From IMG/VR virus record IMGVR_UViG_3300029822_000556, positions 1 to 36,976 of that record: DNA of 36,976 nt; one strand, 5' to 3'. Position numbers and translations under genes: made by a program. Numbering within the stretch: the stretch's first letter is position 1; each line of letters begins with the position of its first letter. The notes beneath the pieces were generated by a model. That model was not told where the DNA came from. It did no database searches and worked only from the letters and a program-made list of their open reading frames with translations. Positions 18,192 to 26,957 of this stretch are shown one piece after another. This DNA comes from a virus (taxonomy: Duplodnaviria > Caudoviricetes).

Positions 18192-18563
18192 ATGAAAAAA
18201 GAACAGCATGTATTAATAGTAGAAGATGAATTATATAGTTTTCTTTATTTAAAAGAACTTTTACTTAAAAGAAATATTAGAATAAGTAGAGTTAATAATG
18301 GTGAAGATGCTGTTCAATTTATTATTAATAATAATGATATTGATATAATATTAATGGATATTAAATTACCTAATATGAATGGATTAGATGTTATAAAATG
18401 TATTAGAAAAAGAGGTTTTAATATTCCTATAATAGTACAAACTGCATGTGCATTTGATATTGATAAAAATAGAGCTATAGAATCAGGCTGTAATGATTTT
18501 ATAACTAAACCTATAAATTGTAAAGAATTATTATTTTTAGTTAGAAAATATATCGAAATTTAA
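18192..18563 (+). CDS. Stand-alone response-regulator receiver domain
   Basis: VLIVEDE, phosphoacceptor ILMDIKLP.MNG, IIVQTA, FITKP. Confidence 0.92.
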   Translation: MKKEQHVLIVEDELYSFLYLKELLLKRNIRISRVNNGEDAVQFIINNNDIDIILMDIKLPNMNGLDVIKCIRKRGFNIPIIVQTACAFDIDKNRAIESGCNDFITKPINCKELLFLVRKYIEI

Positions 18564-18580
18564 AAACTTGAACTTTAAAA

Positions 18581-18591
18581 TTTAATATATA
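18581..18591 (+). promoter_or_regulatory. TTTAATATATA putative phage promoter
   Basis: Exact 11-mer upstream of a structured leader and the ATG at 18702. Confidence 0.5.
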
Positions 18592-18610
18592 ATAGTGTAG
18601 TAAATTTTGG

Positions 18611-18686
18611 TTTTGTTAGTTTTGAGTCAGTTTTTGGCTTTAACTTGTTGAAAAGCAAGGAAAAAATTAGCAACTCACAAACAAAA
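18611..18686 (+). other. Predicted long stem-loop (5' leader RNA)
   Basis: Nested pairings TTTTGTT/AACAAAA, TGAGT/ACTCA, AGTTTTT/AAAAATT and CTTGTT-GAAA-AGCAAG. Confidence 0.5.
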
Positions 18687-18701
18687 AATAAAAATTACAC
18701 T

Positions 18702-19484
18702 ATGACACACTACCGAATGTCGGATAGTATGCCTTCGGCTATTATCCTAGCAAAAAATCCCCGATCTGGTTCATTAGATGAACTAAAAATTTACCAAAGT
18801 AATAATATTTTTTTAAATAATGGTGATGAATTTCAAATTCGTCTATTTAACCCATTAAGAGAAAAGATAGGAGTCCAAATTTGTTTTAATGGTAAATCAT
18901 CATCTCACTATCTGGTTTTAAATCCAGGTGAAGATACTATCATTGATAGATTTATCGATGATCAGAAAAAAATGGTTTTTGAAACCTATAAGTATGATGA
19001 TAATAACACTGCTGCAAAAAATGCAGTTGTGAATAATGGATTAGTAGAAATTAAATTTTATAAAGAATTTTTTAATAATACCACTAATCCAACAGTTTAT
19101 CCTTATTTTATTTATCCTTATTTTACTAATACTTGTGGAATAAATTTATCAGATGATTTAACATCTGGTACATTTTTTGCATCTACTAATACAGTATACG
19201 ATAATTCTAATAGTTATAGAACATTGGAATTCAATAATGAAAAAACCAAATCATTAAAAGAAACAGGTAGAGTAGAAAAAGGAAAACAATCTGAACAAGT
19301 ATTTGAAAATGTTCAAGTTCAATTTGAAATTACTCCTTTTCATAATATTAGTTATTATTTAAGACCATTTAGCGAAAAAAATACATATGTTAAAACAGAT
19401 GTTAGAGAATACTGCACAGAATGCGGTTATAGATTAAGAAATAGTTCTTGGTCATATTGTCCAAAATGTGGAAATAAATTATAA
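18702..19484 (+). CDS. Hypothetical protein with a C-terminal zinc ribbon (likely start ATG 18702 rather than TTG 18645)
   Basis: Beta-rich N-terminal domain, low-complexity linker, ETGRVEKG, CTECG...CPKCG; adjacent to a vWA gene. Confidence 0.7.
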   Translation: MTHYRMSDSMPSAIILAKNPRSGSLDELKIYQSNNIFLNNGDEFQIRLFNPLREKIGVQICFNGKSSSHYLVLNPGEDTIIDRFIDDQKKMVFETYKYDDNNTAAKNAVVNNGLVEIKFYKEFFNNTTNPTVYPYFIYPYFTNTCGINLSDDLTSGTFFASTNTVYDNSNSYRTLEFNNEKTKSLKETGRVEKGKQSEQVFENVQVQFEITPFHNISYYLRPFSEKNTYVKTDVREYCTECGYRLRNSSWSYCPKCGNKL

Positions 19485-19502
19485 AAAATAATAAATAATA
19501 TA

Positions 19503-20141
19503 ATGGAAAAATATGTTAAAATAATAAATATAGTTGATAGATCAAGTTCTATGAATAGTATGATAGATGTAGCTATAAATGGTTTTAATGAATTTATAGA
19601 AGAACAAAAAAGAGTCGATGGTAATGCATTGGTTACTACTATACTTTTTAATAATAAATATGATGTGTTATATGAAGATGTAGATATTAAAAATTGTATG
19701 TATTTTGATAAAGATAATTATAAACCACAATATCAAACAGCACTTTATGATTGTATTTGTAGTGTTATTTCTAATGAAATAGATAAATTGGGCGGAATGC
19801 CAATAGAAGAAAGACCAGAAAAAACATTGTGTATAATTTTAACTGATGGTTTTGAAAATGCGAGTAAAAAATATAGTCAATATGATGTGAAAACAATGAT
19901 ATCTGAAATGAGAGAACATTTTAAATGGGAATTTATATTTTTGGCCGCTGATGAACAAGCCTCAACAACAGCACAATCTATTGGTATATCAATAGGTAAT
20001 TCATACACATTCGCTAATACGAGTGATGGTTTAAGTGATGCCTATAGAGGAATATCTGTGTCAAGTAAAGTGTATAGAATGTCAAATTTATCAAAAATGG
20101 ATAATTTAATGGACGAATATTCAAAAGATAAAAAAGGTTAA
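19503..20141 (+). CDS. von Willebrand factor A (vWA) domain protein
   Basis: MIDAS motif DRSSSM, TALYD, ILTDGFENAS, WEFIFLAA. Confidence 0.9.
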   Translation: MEKYVKIINIVDRSSSMNSMIDVAINGFNEFIEEQKRVDGNALVTTILFNNKYDVLYEDVDIKNCMYFDKDNYKPQYQTALYDCICSVISNEIDKLGGMPIEERPEKTLCIILTDGFENASKKYSQYDVKTMISEMREHFKWEFIFLAADEQASTTAQSIGISIGNSYTFANTSDGLSDAYRGISVSSKVYRMSNLSKMDNLMDEYSKDKKG

Positions 20142-20161
20142 TAATTTTACATAAATGTGAA

Positions 20162-20206
20162 AAAATGACATTTTATATTTAATATATAAATATAAAATGT
20201 CATTTT
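20162..20206. promoter_or_regulatory. Perfect 20-bp-arm palindrome enclosing the TTTAATATATA motif (putative operator/promoter)
   Basis: AAAATGACATTTTATATTTA-ATATA-TAAATATAAAATGTCATTTT, ending 5 nt before the ATG at 20212. Confidence 0.7.
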
Positions 20207-20211
20207 AATTT

Positions 20212-21369
20212 ATGATAATTACTGAAAATATTAAAATAAGAATTAATTCGTCTAATAATAAATATTATAAATCAATTGGTTATGATATTAAAAATGGGCA
20301 AGAAATTGAAGTTCCGATAAAACATCTATATAAAGGATCACATTCTTTAATTCATGTAAAATGTGATATTTGTGAAGAAGAAAAATATATAGAATATAGA
20401 AATTATATAAAATCATCAAATTTATATGGTTATTATTCTTGTTCACCAAAATGTTCACAATATAAAAATAGATTGACTAATTTAAAAAAATATGGGTATA
20501 CTAATCCATCACAATCGGATATAATTAAAGAAAAAACAATTAAAACAAATTTAGAAAAATATGGATTTAAATATTATTTACAAACTGAAGATAAGAAAGA
20601 AAAAACAATTAAAACAAATTTAAAGAAATATGGTTTTGATAGTCATAATAAATCAATAGATGTAAAAAATAAAAAAATACAAACTTGTTTAAAAAATTAT
20701 AATGTTAAAAATCCATCACAATCTAATATAATTAAAAAACAAAAAATTAAAACATCTTTAAAAAATTATGGTGTAGAATACCCATCACAAACAAAAGAAA
20801 TTAAAGAAAAAACAAAAATGACTAATTTAATGTTATATGGATATGAAAGTCCACAACAAAATAAAAAAATTAAAGAAAAAATAGAAAATACCAATTTAAT
20901 AAGATATGGGAATAGAAACCCATTTCAAAATGAAAAAATTAAAGAAAAAATTAAAAAAACAAATATTAAAAAGTATGGTTGTGAACATTATAAACAAAGT
21001 AATTTTTTTAAAAAACAATATATAAAAAATTATTTTAATAAATATGGAATTTTACCAAATGATAAAAATTTAAAATTCAAACAATATAGAAATGTTGTAA
21101 AAAATTTAACATTAAATAATAAAAAAATATTAATAGAAAATTGGAATGGTTATGATTTTTATGATGGTGAATATATTAAAGACAACTTTAATTTAAAATT
21201 TTATGATAAAAATTATCCTACTATTGATCATAAAATAAGTGTATATTATGGATTTATAAATAATATACCAGCAGAAGAAATTTCAAGAATAGAAAATTTG
21301 TGTATTACGAAAAAATCATTAAATTCAAAAAAGAATAAAAAATGTTATGAAGGAAAAAAAGAAAGTTAG
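20212..21369 (+). CDS. Putative free-standing homing endonuclease (zinc finger, TNLxKYG repeats, HNH-like C-terminus)
   Basis: CDIC...CSPKC, about eight KT(N/C/S)LxxYG repeats, PTIDHKIS...NLCIT..LNSKK. Confidence 0.65.
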   Translation: MIITENIKIRINSSNNKYYKSIGYDIKNGQEIEVPIKHLYKGSHSLIHVKCDICEEEKYIEYRNYIKSSNLYGYYSCSPKCSQYKNRLTNLKKYGYTNPSQSDIIKEKTIKTNLEKYGFKYYLQTEDKKEKTIKTNLKKYGFDSHNKSIDVKNKKIQTCLKNYNVKNPSQSNIIKKQKIKTSLKNYGVEYPSQTKEIKEKTKMTNLMLYGYESPQQNKKIKEKIENTNLIRYGNRNPFQNEKIKEKIKKTNIKKYGCEHYKQSNFFKKQYIKNYFNKYGILPNDKNLKFKQYRNVVKNLTLNNKKILIENWNGYDFYDGEYIKDNFNLKFYDKNYPTIDHKISVYYGFINNIPAEEISRIENLCITKKSLNSKKNKKCYEGKKES

Positions 21370-21499
21370 TATTCATTTTACAATAGATAAAGATATTAAT
21401 GAAAAATTAAATAATTTTATAAAAGGCGAATGTATTAATAAATCATTATTAATTCAAACATTAATTGATAAATATTTAAAAGAAAAAATAAATAATTAA
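21347..21499 (+). CDS. Ribbon-helix-helix (CopG/Arc-like) DNA-binding protein, 50 aa, absent from the ORF track
   Basis: Hand translation gives MKEKKKVSIHFTIDKDINEKLNNFIKGECINKSLLIQTLIDKYLKEKINN: an alternating beta strand, a helix, NKS, then a second helix. Confidence 0.75.
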   Translation: MKEKKKVSIHFTIDKDINEKLNNFIKGECINKSLLIQTLIDKYLKEKINN

Positions 21500-21521
21500 A
21501 AGGGAGTTTAAACTCCCTTTT
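21498..21521. terminator. Bidirectional terminator (24-bp perfect palindrome)
   Basis: AAAAGGGAGTTTAAACTCCCTTTT followed by further Ts, between convergent genes. Confidence 0.8.
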
Positions 21522-23253
21522 TTTCATTATATAAATCTTTATCATCCCATATTCTTAATTGTCCTGTCATTTCATCTTTAAATTTTCTATGATAATATTT
21601 ACCTTTAAATAAGAAATATTTATCTTTATCTTCTTCTTTTTTGAAATTTTTCTTAATATTATTTTTAATATCTACTATTACTTGAACAAAATTATCTCTT
21701 AATTTATTTTCGTAAAATTCTTCACCATTATAATATGTTATATATGATCCATCTTGGAATCTATAATCAGTTTTTTTACCTTCCATATCCAAATAAACTA
21801 AAACACTTTCATCTTTTGGTATCCATCCTTGTTCATTTGAATCAATAATATCATTACTATTGGTATACCAAGTATCATTCATTTCACAATAATAAAAATT
21901 TTCATCTGCATAATCAGTAGTAACATAGTCATTTATTTCATCGATATAAATAGAATCATTATCTGGTATATGATCATTCATTGTCTCGCTATATACCATA
22001 TAATTATCCATGTAATATTGAGTTACATAACTATTTAAATAATCTGACCAATATGTTTCATCCTCATCTGCATATTCACCTTCATAATCACACCATATTC
22101 TACCATCATTATAATCATCTTCGTGAACAATTTCACCTTGATTTTCACTATACATATATACATTACCATTATCATCAGTATATCCACCATTAGTTGAATT
22201 TAATTCAGCATCAATATCAATTACGTCTTCATTATTACTTAGTTCACCATTAATAAAATCTATATATTTCAATGTGTCCATGTAAGGATATGAATAGTGT
22301 GTTTTTATATTTTTAACTATTAAATTTTTCTTATCTGATTTATCTGTTTTAGTATCGATTATATATGTATGACCATACATATCTTGATGTTCTTTGTGTA
22401 ACCAACCTTGTTTTTTTGCATATAATTTAAATTTTTGTTCATCTGATCTATAAATTGTGTAAATTCTATCCATAAATACTCTTTCTTCAATGGTTTCAGT
22501 ACCGTCATTATTAACTACACTAACATTCCATACTAATGCTCTTCCTACTATTTTATCTTTTTCATCATCAGACATTAAAACTAATAATTTAACTTTATCC
22601 TTATTCTTCACATAAAAATCTATAAATTTTCCACATTTACTGTATCTCATACATGAACTACCGAGTGATCCACCGGCATTACTATCATAATACATTTCAC
22701 TATAGTATTTTTTAATATCTTCACCTTCGACTAATTTTAAATATCCTAATTCTTTAGTTCTTTCACCTTTAACTGCATCAACAAATGATTCTATACTTTC
22801 ATTTGGATCACCAGCATTACTAAACATATTAGGAAATAACCTATTAATAACCCTACCTATTGTCATTGGTGTTCTAACTTTATTAAAAATTGCTTCAATA
22901 TTAAGATCACTCATAGATAATAAATATTTATTGATAAATGGTATATCATAATCTTCTTCTTTAAAGTTTATATCTTTTAATAATTTATTTGATAAATCAT
23001 ATGCTTTATTAGATTGTACTATTATAAATTTATCAAAATTATCTTCTTTATCATCGATATCTAACATAGTTATTTTAAAATTACCATCTGGCATACCGTG
23101 TTCTTTAATTAAGTGTAGTGCAATTTTATGGTATTTTATTTTATCTAATAAATTCATTAATCTTGTTGATAATACTAAGTTTAATTCTTTTGATTTCACT
23201 TTCTCTATTATCATATCAAATATGAAATCATTATATCTATTTATATTTATCAT
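21508..23253 (-). CDS. Large hypothetical phage protein (SCM / GRALxW / MDRIY domain plus acidic Tyr-rich repeats)
   Basis: GSLGSSCMRY, GRALVW, FMDRIY, YPYMDTL; ~13-aa acidic repeats; N-terminus MININRYNDFI. Confidence 0.65.
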   Translation of the reverse strand: MININRYNDFIFDMIIEKVKSKELNLVLSTRLMNLLDKIKYHKIALHLIKEHGMPDGNFKITMLDIDDKEDNFDKFIIVQSNKAYDLSNKLLKDINFKEEDYDIPFINKYLLSMSDLNIEAIFNKVRTPMTIGRVINRLFPNMFSNAGDPNESIESFVDAVKGERTKELGYLKLVEGEDIKKYYSEMYYDSNAGGSLGSSCMRYSKCGKFIDFYVKNKDKVKLLVLMSDDEKDKIVGRALVWNVSVVNNDGTETIEERVFMDRIYTIYRSDEQKFKLYAKKQGWLHKEHQDMYGHTYIIDTKTDKSDKKNLIVKNIKTHYSYPYMDTLKYIDFINGELSNNEDVIDIDAELNSTNGGYTDDNGNVYMYSENQGEIVHEDDYNDGRIWCDYEGEYADEDETYWSDYLNSYVTQYYMDNYMVYSETMNDHIPDNDSIYIDEINDYVTTDYADENFYYCEMNDTWYTNSNDIIDSNEQGWIPKDESVLVYLDMEGKKTDYRFQDGSYITYYNGEEFYENKLRDNFVQVIVDIKNNIKKNFKKEEDKDKYFLFKGKYYHRKFKDEMTGQLRIWDDKDLYNEKKGV

Positions 23254-23275
23254 AATTATAATAAGTATTTTTATT

Positions 23276-24922
23276 CTATATATTAAAAATAAATTTTAAA
23301 TTTCCAGAATTATAAATTCTATATATTTTTCTTTCTAACATTATTTCATGTTCTGTCTTATTCTTATTAAATCCTTCTTTTATTAAAATATTTTTTCTGA
23401 AATTAAATCTATAATATCTTTTATTATCAATAACATAATAATAATTAATATCTGTTATACTATTAAATTTAAATTCTAATTTTTTATATAAACTACCACT
23501 ACTATAACTTCTATCAGCATAACTTATAATTTTTTCTGGTTTATAATTATTTATAAAATATTTAAATAATTTACTAGCACCCCCAATAACGTTTGTGTTT
23601 AATTTATTACAAAACCTTAACATCTCATATTGATACATTGAATCTGATTTAGAGTTCATATTCTTTCTTAAATTGCCAAAAGTCATTAAACTAACTAATT
23701 CATTATTATAAAATAATCCAATTTTAATTTTTGAACCAACAAATCCTTGAATATGATTATTATTCAAAAAATTTTTAACTAATTTATTATCACTTATTTC
23801 TTTTATAATACATTTTCTAGCATAAATTTTCTTTGGTGTCTTATTTAATTTATTTATAATAATAGATTTAATTATTTCTTGTTTATTATCCCAGTCATCT
23901 TCCCATATATGTATCAACTGTATGTTTTTTTCTATACATAAATCAGTTTTTATTTTATGATAGTTATTTGGTTTATTTAACTCGTTATGCCAGTATAACC
24001 CATTAAATTCAAATGCTAATTTTAAATTAGGTAAGTAAATATCTAATTCGTATGGTTTTATAATTTCTTTAGTATTTTCTATTATTTCACCACTATAGTT
24101 TTCTTTTATAAAATTAAATAATTTTATTTCTTTACCTGACTTAGAAAAAGAATTAATTGGATTACATATAGTACATAATATTGTATTATATTTTATTCTA
24201 TTTTTTAATAATTCCTTATCTATTATATAATTATGTTCTTTAATATCACATTTTATATGATAATTACTATTATCAATTTTTATTATATTTAAATTTTTAT
24301 TTCTTAAATTTCTATCTATTGTTAATTTATTAATTTTATTAATAAAATCTTGTGTCTTACTATAATGTTCAACTCCATATTTTTTTAAACATTTATTTTT
24401 AACTTTTTCTTTAAATTCATCTGTTTTACTATAATGTTCAACTCCAAATTTTTCTAATAAATTATTTTTAGTTTTAACTTTAATATCTTTATTTAATAAT
24501 GAACAGTCATGTCCATATTTTTCAATATTTGTTTCTTTAAATTTTTTCAATATTTTTTCATTTTTTAATGGTACAGTCGTTCCATATTTATCCATCATTG
24601 TTTTATCCCTTTTTAATTTGAATTCATCTACCAATAATGTAGATTTAACCCCATACTTATCTAAATTTGTATTAGTTATTCTATCTATTTTACATTTATT
24701 GCAATAATAATTACCATTATTATTTTTTTTATTTAAAATATAATTATAGTATTTTATATTATTATTACTACCACAATAATCACATATAACATCAATTTTA
24801 ATATGACTATTATCAGGTAAATCATTTATATCTATATCATAATATCCCTTACCATCTATATTATAACCTAAAGATTTATATCTTTTAATCATTGAACCGT
24901 TTATAAATAATCTAATCCTCAC
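23276..24922 (-). CDS. Putative Hef-like homing endonuclease (zinc finger, KYG repeats, PD-(D/E)XK/Vsr-like domain, C-terminal IYARKC domain)
   Basis: CDYC..CNKC, LxKYGVEH repeats, ELDIYLP...FEFNGLYWH, IHIWEDDW, IYARKC, GGASKL, SYADR. Confidence 0.75.
   Translation of the reverse strand: MRIRLFINGSMIKRYKSLGYNIDGKGYYDIDINDLPDNSHIKIDVICDYCGSNNNIKYYNYILNKKNNNGNYYCNKCKIDRITNTNLDKYGVKSTLLVDEFKLKRDKTMMDKYGTTVPLKNEKILKKFKETNIEKYGHDCSLLNKDIKVKTKNNLLEKFGVEHYSKTDEFKEKVKNKCLKKYGVEHYSKTQDFINKINKLTIDRNLRNKNLNIIKIDNSNYHIKCDIKEHNYIIDKELLKNRIKYNTILCTICNPINSFSKSGKEIKLFNFIKENYSGEIIENTKEIIKPYELDIYLPNLKLAFEFNGLYWHNELNKPNNYHKIKTDLCIEKNIQLIHIWEDDWDNKQEIIKSIIINKLNKTPKKIYARKCIIKEISDNKLVKNFLNNNHIQGFVGSKIKIGLFYNNELVSLMTFGNLRKNMNSKSDSMYQYEMLRFCNKLNTNVIGGASKLFKYFINNYKPEKIISYADRSYSSGSLYKKLEFKFNSITDINYYYVIDNKRYYRFNFRKNILIKEGFNKNKTEHEIMLERKIYRIYNSGNLKFIFNI
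23277..23287 (-). promoter_or_regulatory. TTTAATATATA putative phage promoter
   Basis: Exact 11-mer ~23 nt upstream of the ATG at 23253, overlapping the end of the endonuclease gene. Confidence 0.5.
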
Positions 24923-24939
24923 TCTTATAATTTTTTATT

Positions 24940-24998
24940 TATATATTAAATATTCGTATTTAGTCTTCTATTTTATGACATTTAATTTTTAATATATA
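24940..24998. promoter_or_regulatory. Divergent pair of TTTAATATATA putative promoters
   Basis: Exact 11-mers at 24940-24950 (-) and 24988-24998 (+), each facing its gene. Confidence 0.6.
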
Positions 24999-25017
24999 CT
25001 AAAAAATAAACTATTTT

Positions 25018-25872
25018 ATGGCTAGAAGAGATAAACCATTTAGAAATTATCAAAATGCCAATGACATGGCACAACAAAATTTTGATGCAGGTAATGACAT
25101 ATATCAATTAAATAACGAAAGAATGACAATTGAACAATTAGTAGATTATGTTCAAGGAGATCTTACTTTTAGCGGTTTAATGCCAAAAGTTTTACCTGAT
25201 TTAGAAATATTAAGAATTGTTAAAGAAGAAGCACTAGAATGGTTCTATAAGAAATATCAGTTTGCAGTTATAAAATCATTTTATAGACTAGATAAAAGTT
25301 TTATTAATAGTGAAGAATATACAGCTATGGGATATATTACACTTCCAGAAGAAGTAGAAAATGTAACTAGAATAGTAGAAATTAATAATCCATCTCTTTT
25401 TAGAATAGGTATCCAAGCACCCAACTTATCAATAAATTTTGGAGTAACAAATCAACCATATTTAACATCTTTTGTAACTAATGTTGGTGAACTGGCAACA
25501 TATCGTCAGATTTTAAGTTCATTTAGTGATGAAATTAATAAATTAGCTAGAAATTATACTAAATTCTCTTTTAATCAAATAAATAAAAGATTAAATATTC
25601 TTGATGAGATTAGAAGTAGTTTTATGTTAGAAGTATATATTAGAATTCAACAAGAAGAAATATTTGCAAATCATCTATTTAAAAAGTATGTTAAATCATT
25701 AAGTAAAGTAAGACTTGGTGAAGCTTTAGGGCGTTTATCGTTTTCGATGCCTGGTAATTTTCAATATAATGCAGCTGATCTTATTTCACAAGGTCAGTCA
25801 GAGTTAGAAAAAGTTATTGAACAAATTGTGGGTGAAAGTCCAAATAATTCATTTTTTATAATGGCAAAATAG
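25018..25872 (+). CDS. T4 gp13-like neck / head-completion protein
   Basis: C-terminal FKKYVKSL...LG..L..MPGNFQYNAADLISQGQSELEKV resembles the gp13 LPGG.TLN...A..E..L segment; the size is appropriate. Confidence 0.65.
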   Translation: MARRDKPFRNYQNANDMAQQNFDAGNDIYQLNNERMTIEQLVDYVQGDLTFSGLMPKVLPDLEILRIVKEEALEWFYKKYQFAVIKSFYRLDKSFINSEEYTAMGYITLPEEVENVTRIVEINNPSLFRIGIQAPNLSINFGVTNQPYLTSFVTNVGELATYRQILSSFSDEINKLARNYTKFSFNQINKRLNILDEIRSSFMLEVYIRIQQEEIFANHLFKKYVKSLSKVRLGEALGRLSFSMPGNFQYNAADLISQGQSELEKVIEQIVGESPNNSFFIMAK

Positions 25873-26953
25873 ATTTTAGTTTTTCTTCTATATCTTCATC
25901 ATATTTTATACGAATTAGACGAATATTGTTATTTAAACAGTATTCGTTTTTTATTTTGTCTAATTTTTGTGTATATAATAGTTTTTCTTTTCCACCAAAT
26001 CCATCTATTTCATTAAAGTGATGAAAACCATCATATTCTATTAATAAATTATATTTTGGTAAGTAAAAATCGAATCTTAATTTATTTTTATTTCTACAAT
26101 CATTAAATGTCTTTTCTATATCATATATTATATTATGTTTATCTAATAATAATTTTATTTTTATTTCGCCCTTTGATCTATTACATAAAATACAACCTTT
26201 ACCTAATAGATGTAAAAATGGTTTTTGTTCAAAAATACCATGTTTTTTGCATATTATTTTAACTTTTGTATTAGTATTTATATAATTTGTTAATGTATAA
26301 TCATAATAATTATTGTGTATTATATTTGATTTTATTATAAAATCTTTAGTAGTATAAACTTTATTATAATTACATCTTTTACAACCAATTCCTTTTAAGT
26401 GTTCAGAAGGTTTTTGTTTAAAAACTCCATGTTTTGGACAAATAATTTTTATTTTTGTATATGAATTAATATAATCACCCATTTGAGAATAATCAAAATA
26501 ATTATTATAAATAATGTTACATTCAGATATAAAATCATTTTTTGATTTTTTATATAACCCACTACATTTTGAACAACCGTAACCTTTGAGGTGTGAATGT
26601 GGTGTTTGATTAAATTCACCGTGTTTTGGACAAATAATTTTAATTTTTGTATATGAATTAATATAATCACCCATTTGAGAATAATCATAAAAATTGTTGT
26701 GTATGTTATTAGATTGTTCAATAAAAACATTTTTATTTTTAGTATTTTTTAAAACACCACATTTTTGACAACCTCTTCCCAATATGTGTGATTTAACACA
26801 TTGTTCAAACTCACCATGAATAGGACAAATTATTTTTATTTTTTGTCTATTATTAATATAATTATCAAATAATGAATAATCATAAAAATTATTATGAATT
26901 TCATTAAATCTTTTTATTATAATTTCTTTTGTTAATTTTGTAGTTTTTCCCAT
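25856..26953 (-). CDS. Putative homing endonuclease with DUF723-like zinc repeats and a PD-(D/E)XK domain
   Basis: Four KIKIICPxHGxFxQxPxxHLxGxGCxxC repeats; SKGE...LRFDFYLP...IEYDGFHHF. Confidence 0.8.
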   Translation of the reverse strand: MGKTTKLTKEIIIKRFNEIHNNFYDYSLFDNYINNRQKIKIICPIHGEFEQCVKSHILGRGCQKCGVLKNTKNKNVFIEQSNNIHNNFYDYSQMGDYINSYTKIKIICPKHGEFNQTPHSHLKGYGCSKCSGLYKKSKNDFISECNIIYNNYFDYSQMGDYINSYTKIKIICPKHGVFKQKPSEHLKGIGCKRCNYNKVYTTKDFIIKSNIIHNNYYDYTLTNYINTNTKVKIICKKHGIFEQKPFLHLLGKGCILCNRSKGEIKIKLLLDKHNIIYDIEKTFNDCRNKNKLRFDFYLPKYNLLIEYDGFHHFNEIDGFGGKEKLLYTQKLDKIKNEYCLNNNIRLIRIKYDEDIEEKLKSILPL

Positions 26954-26957
26954 AATA

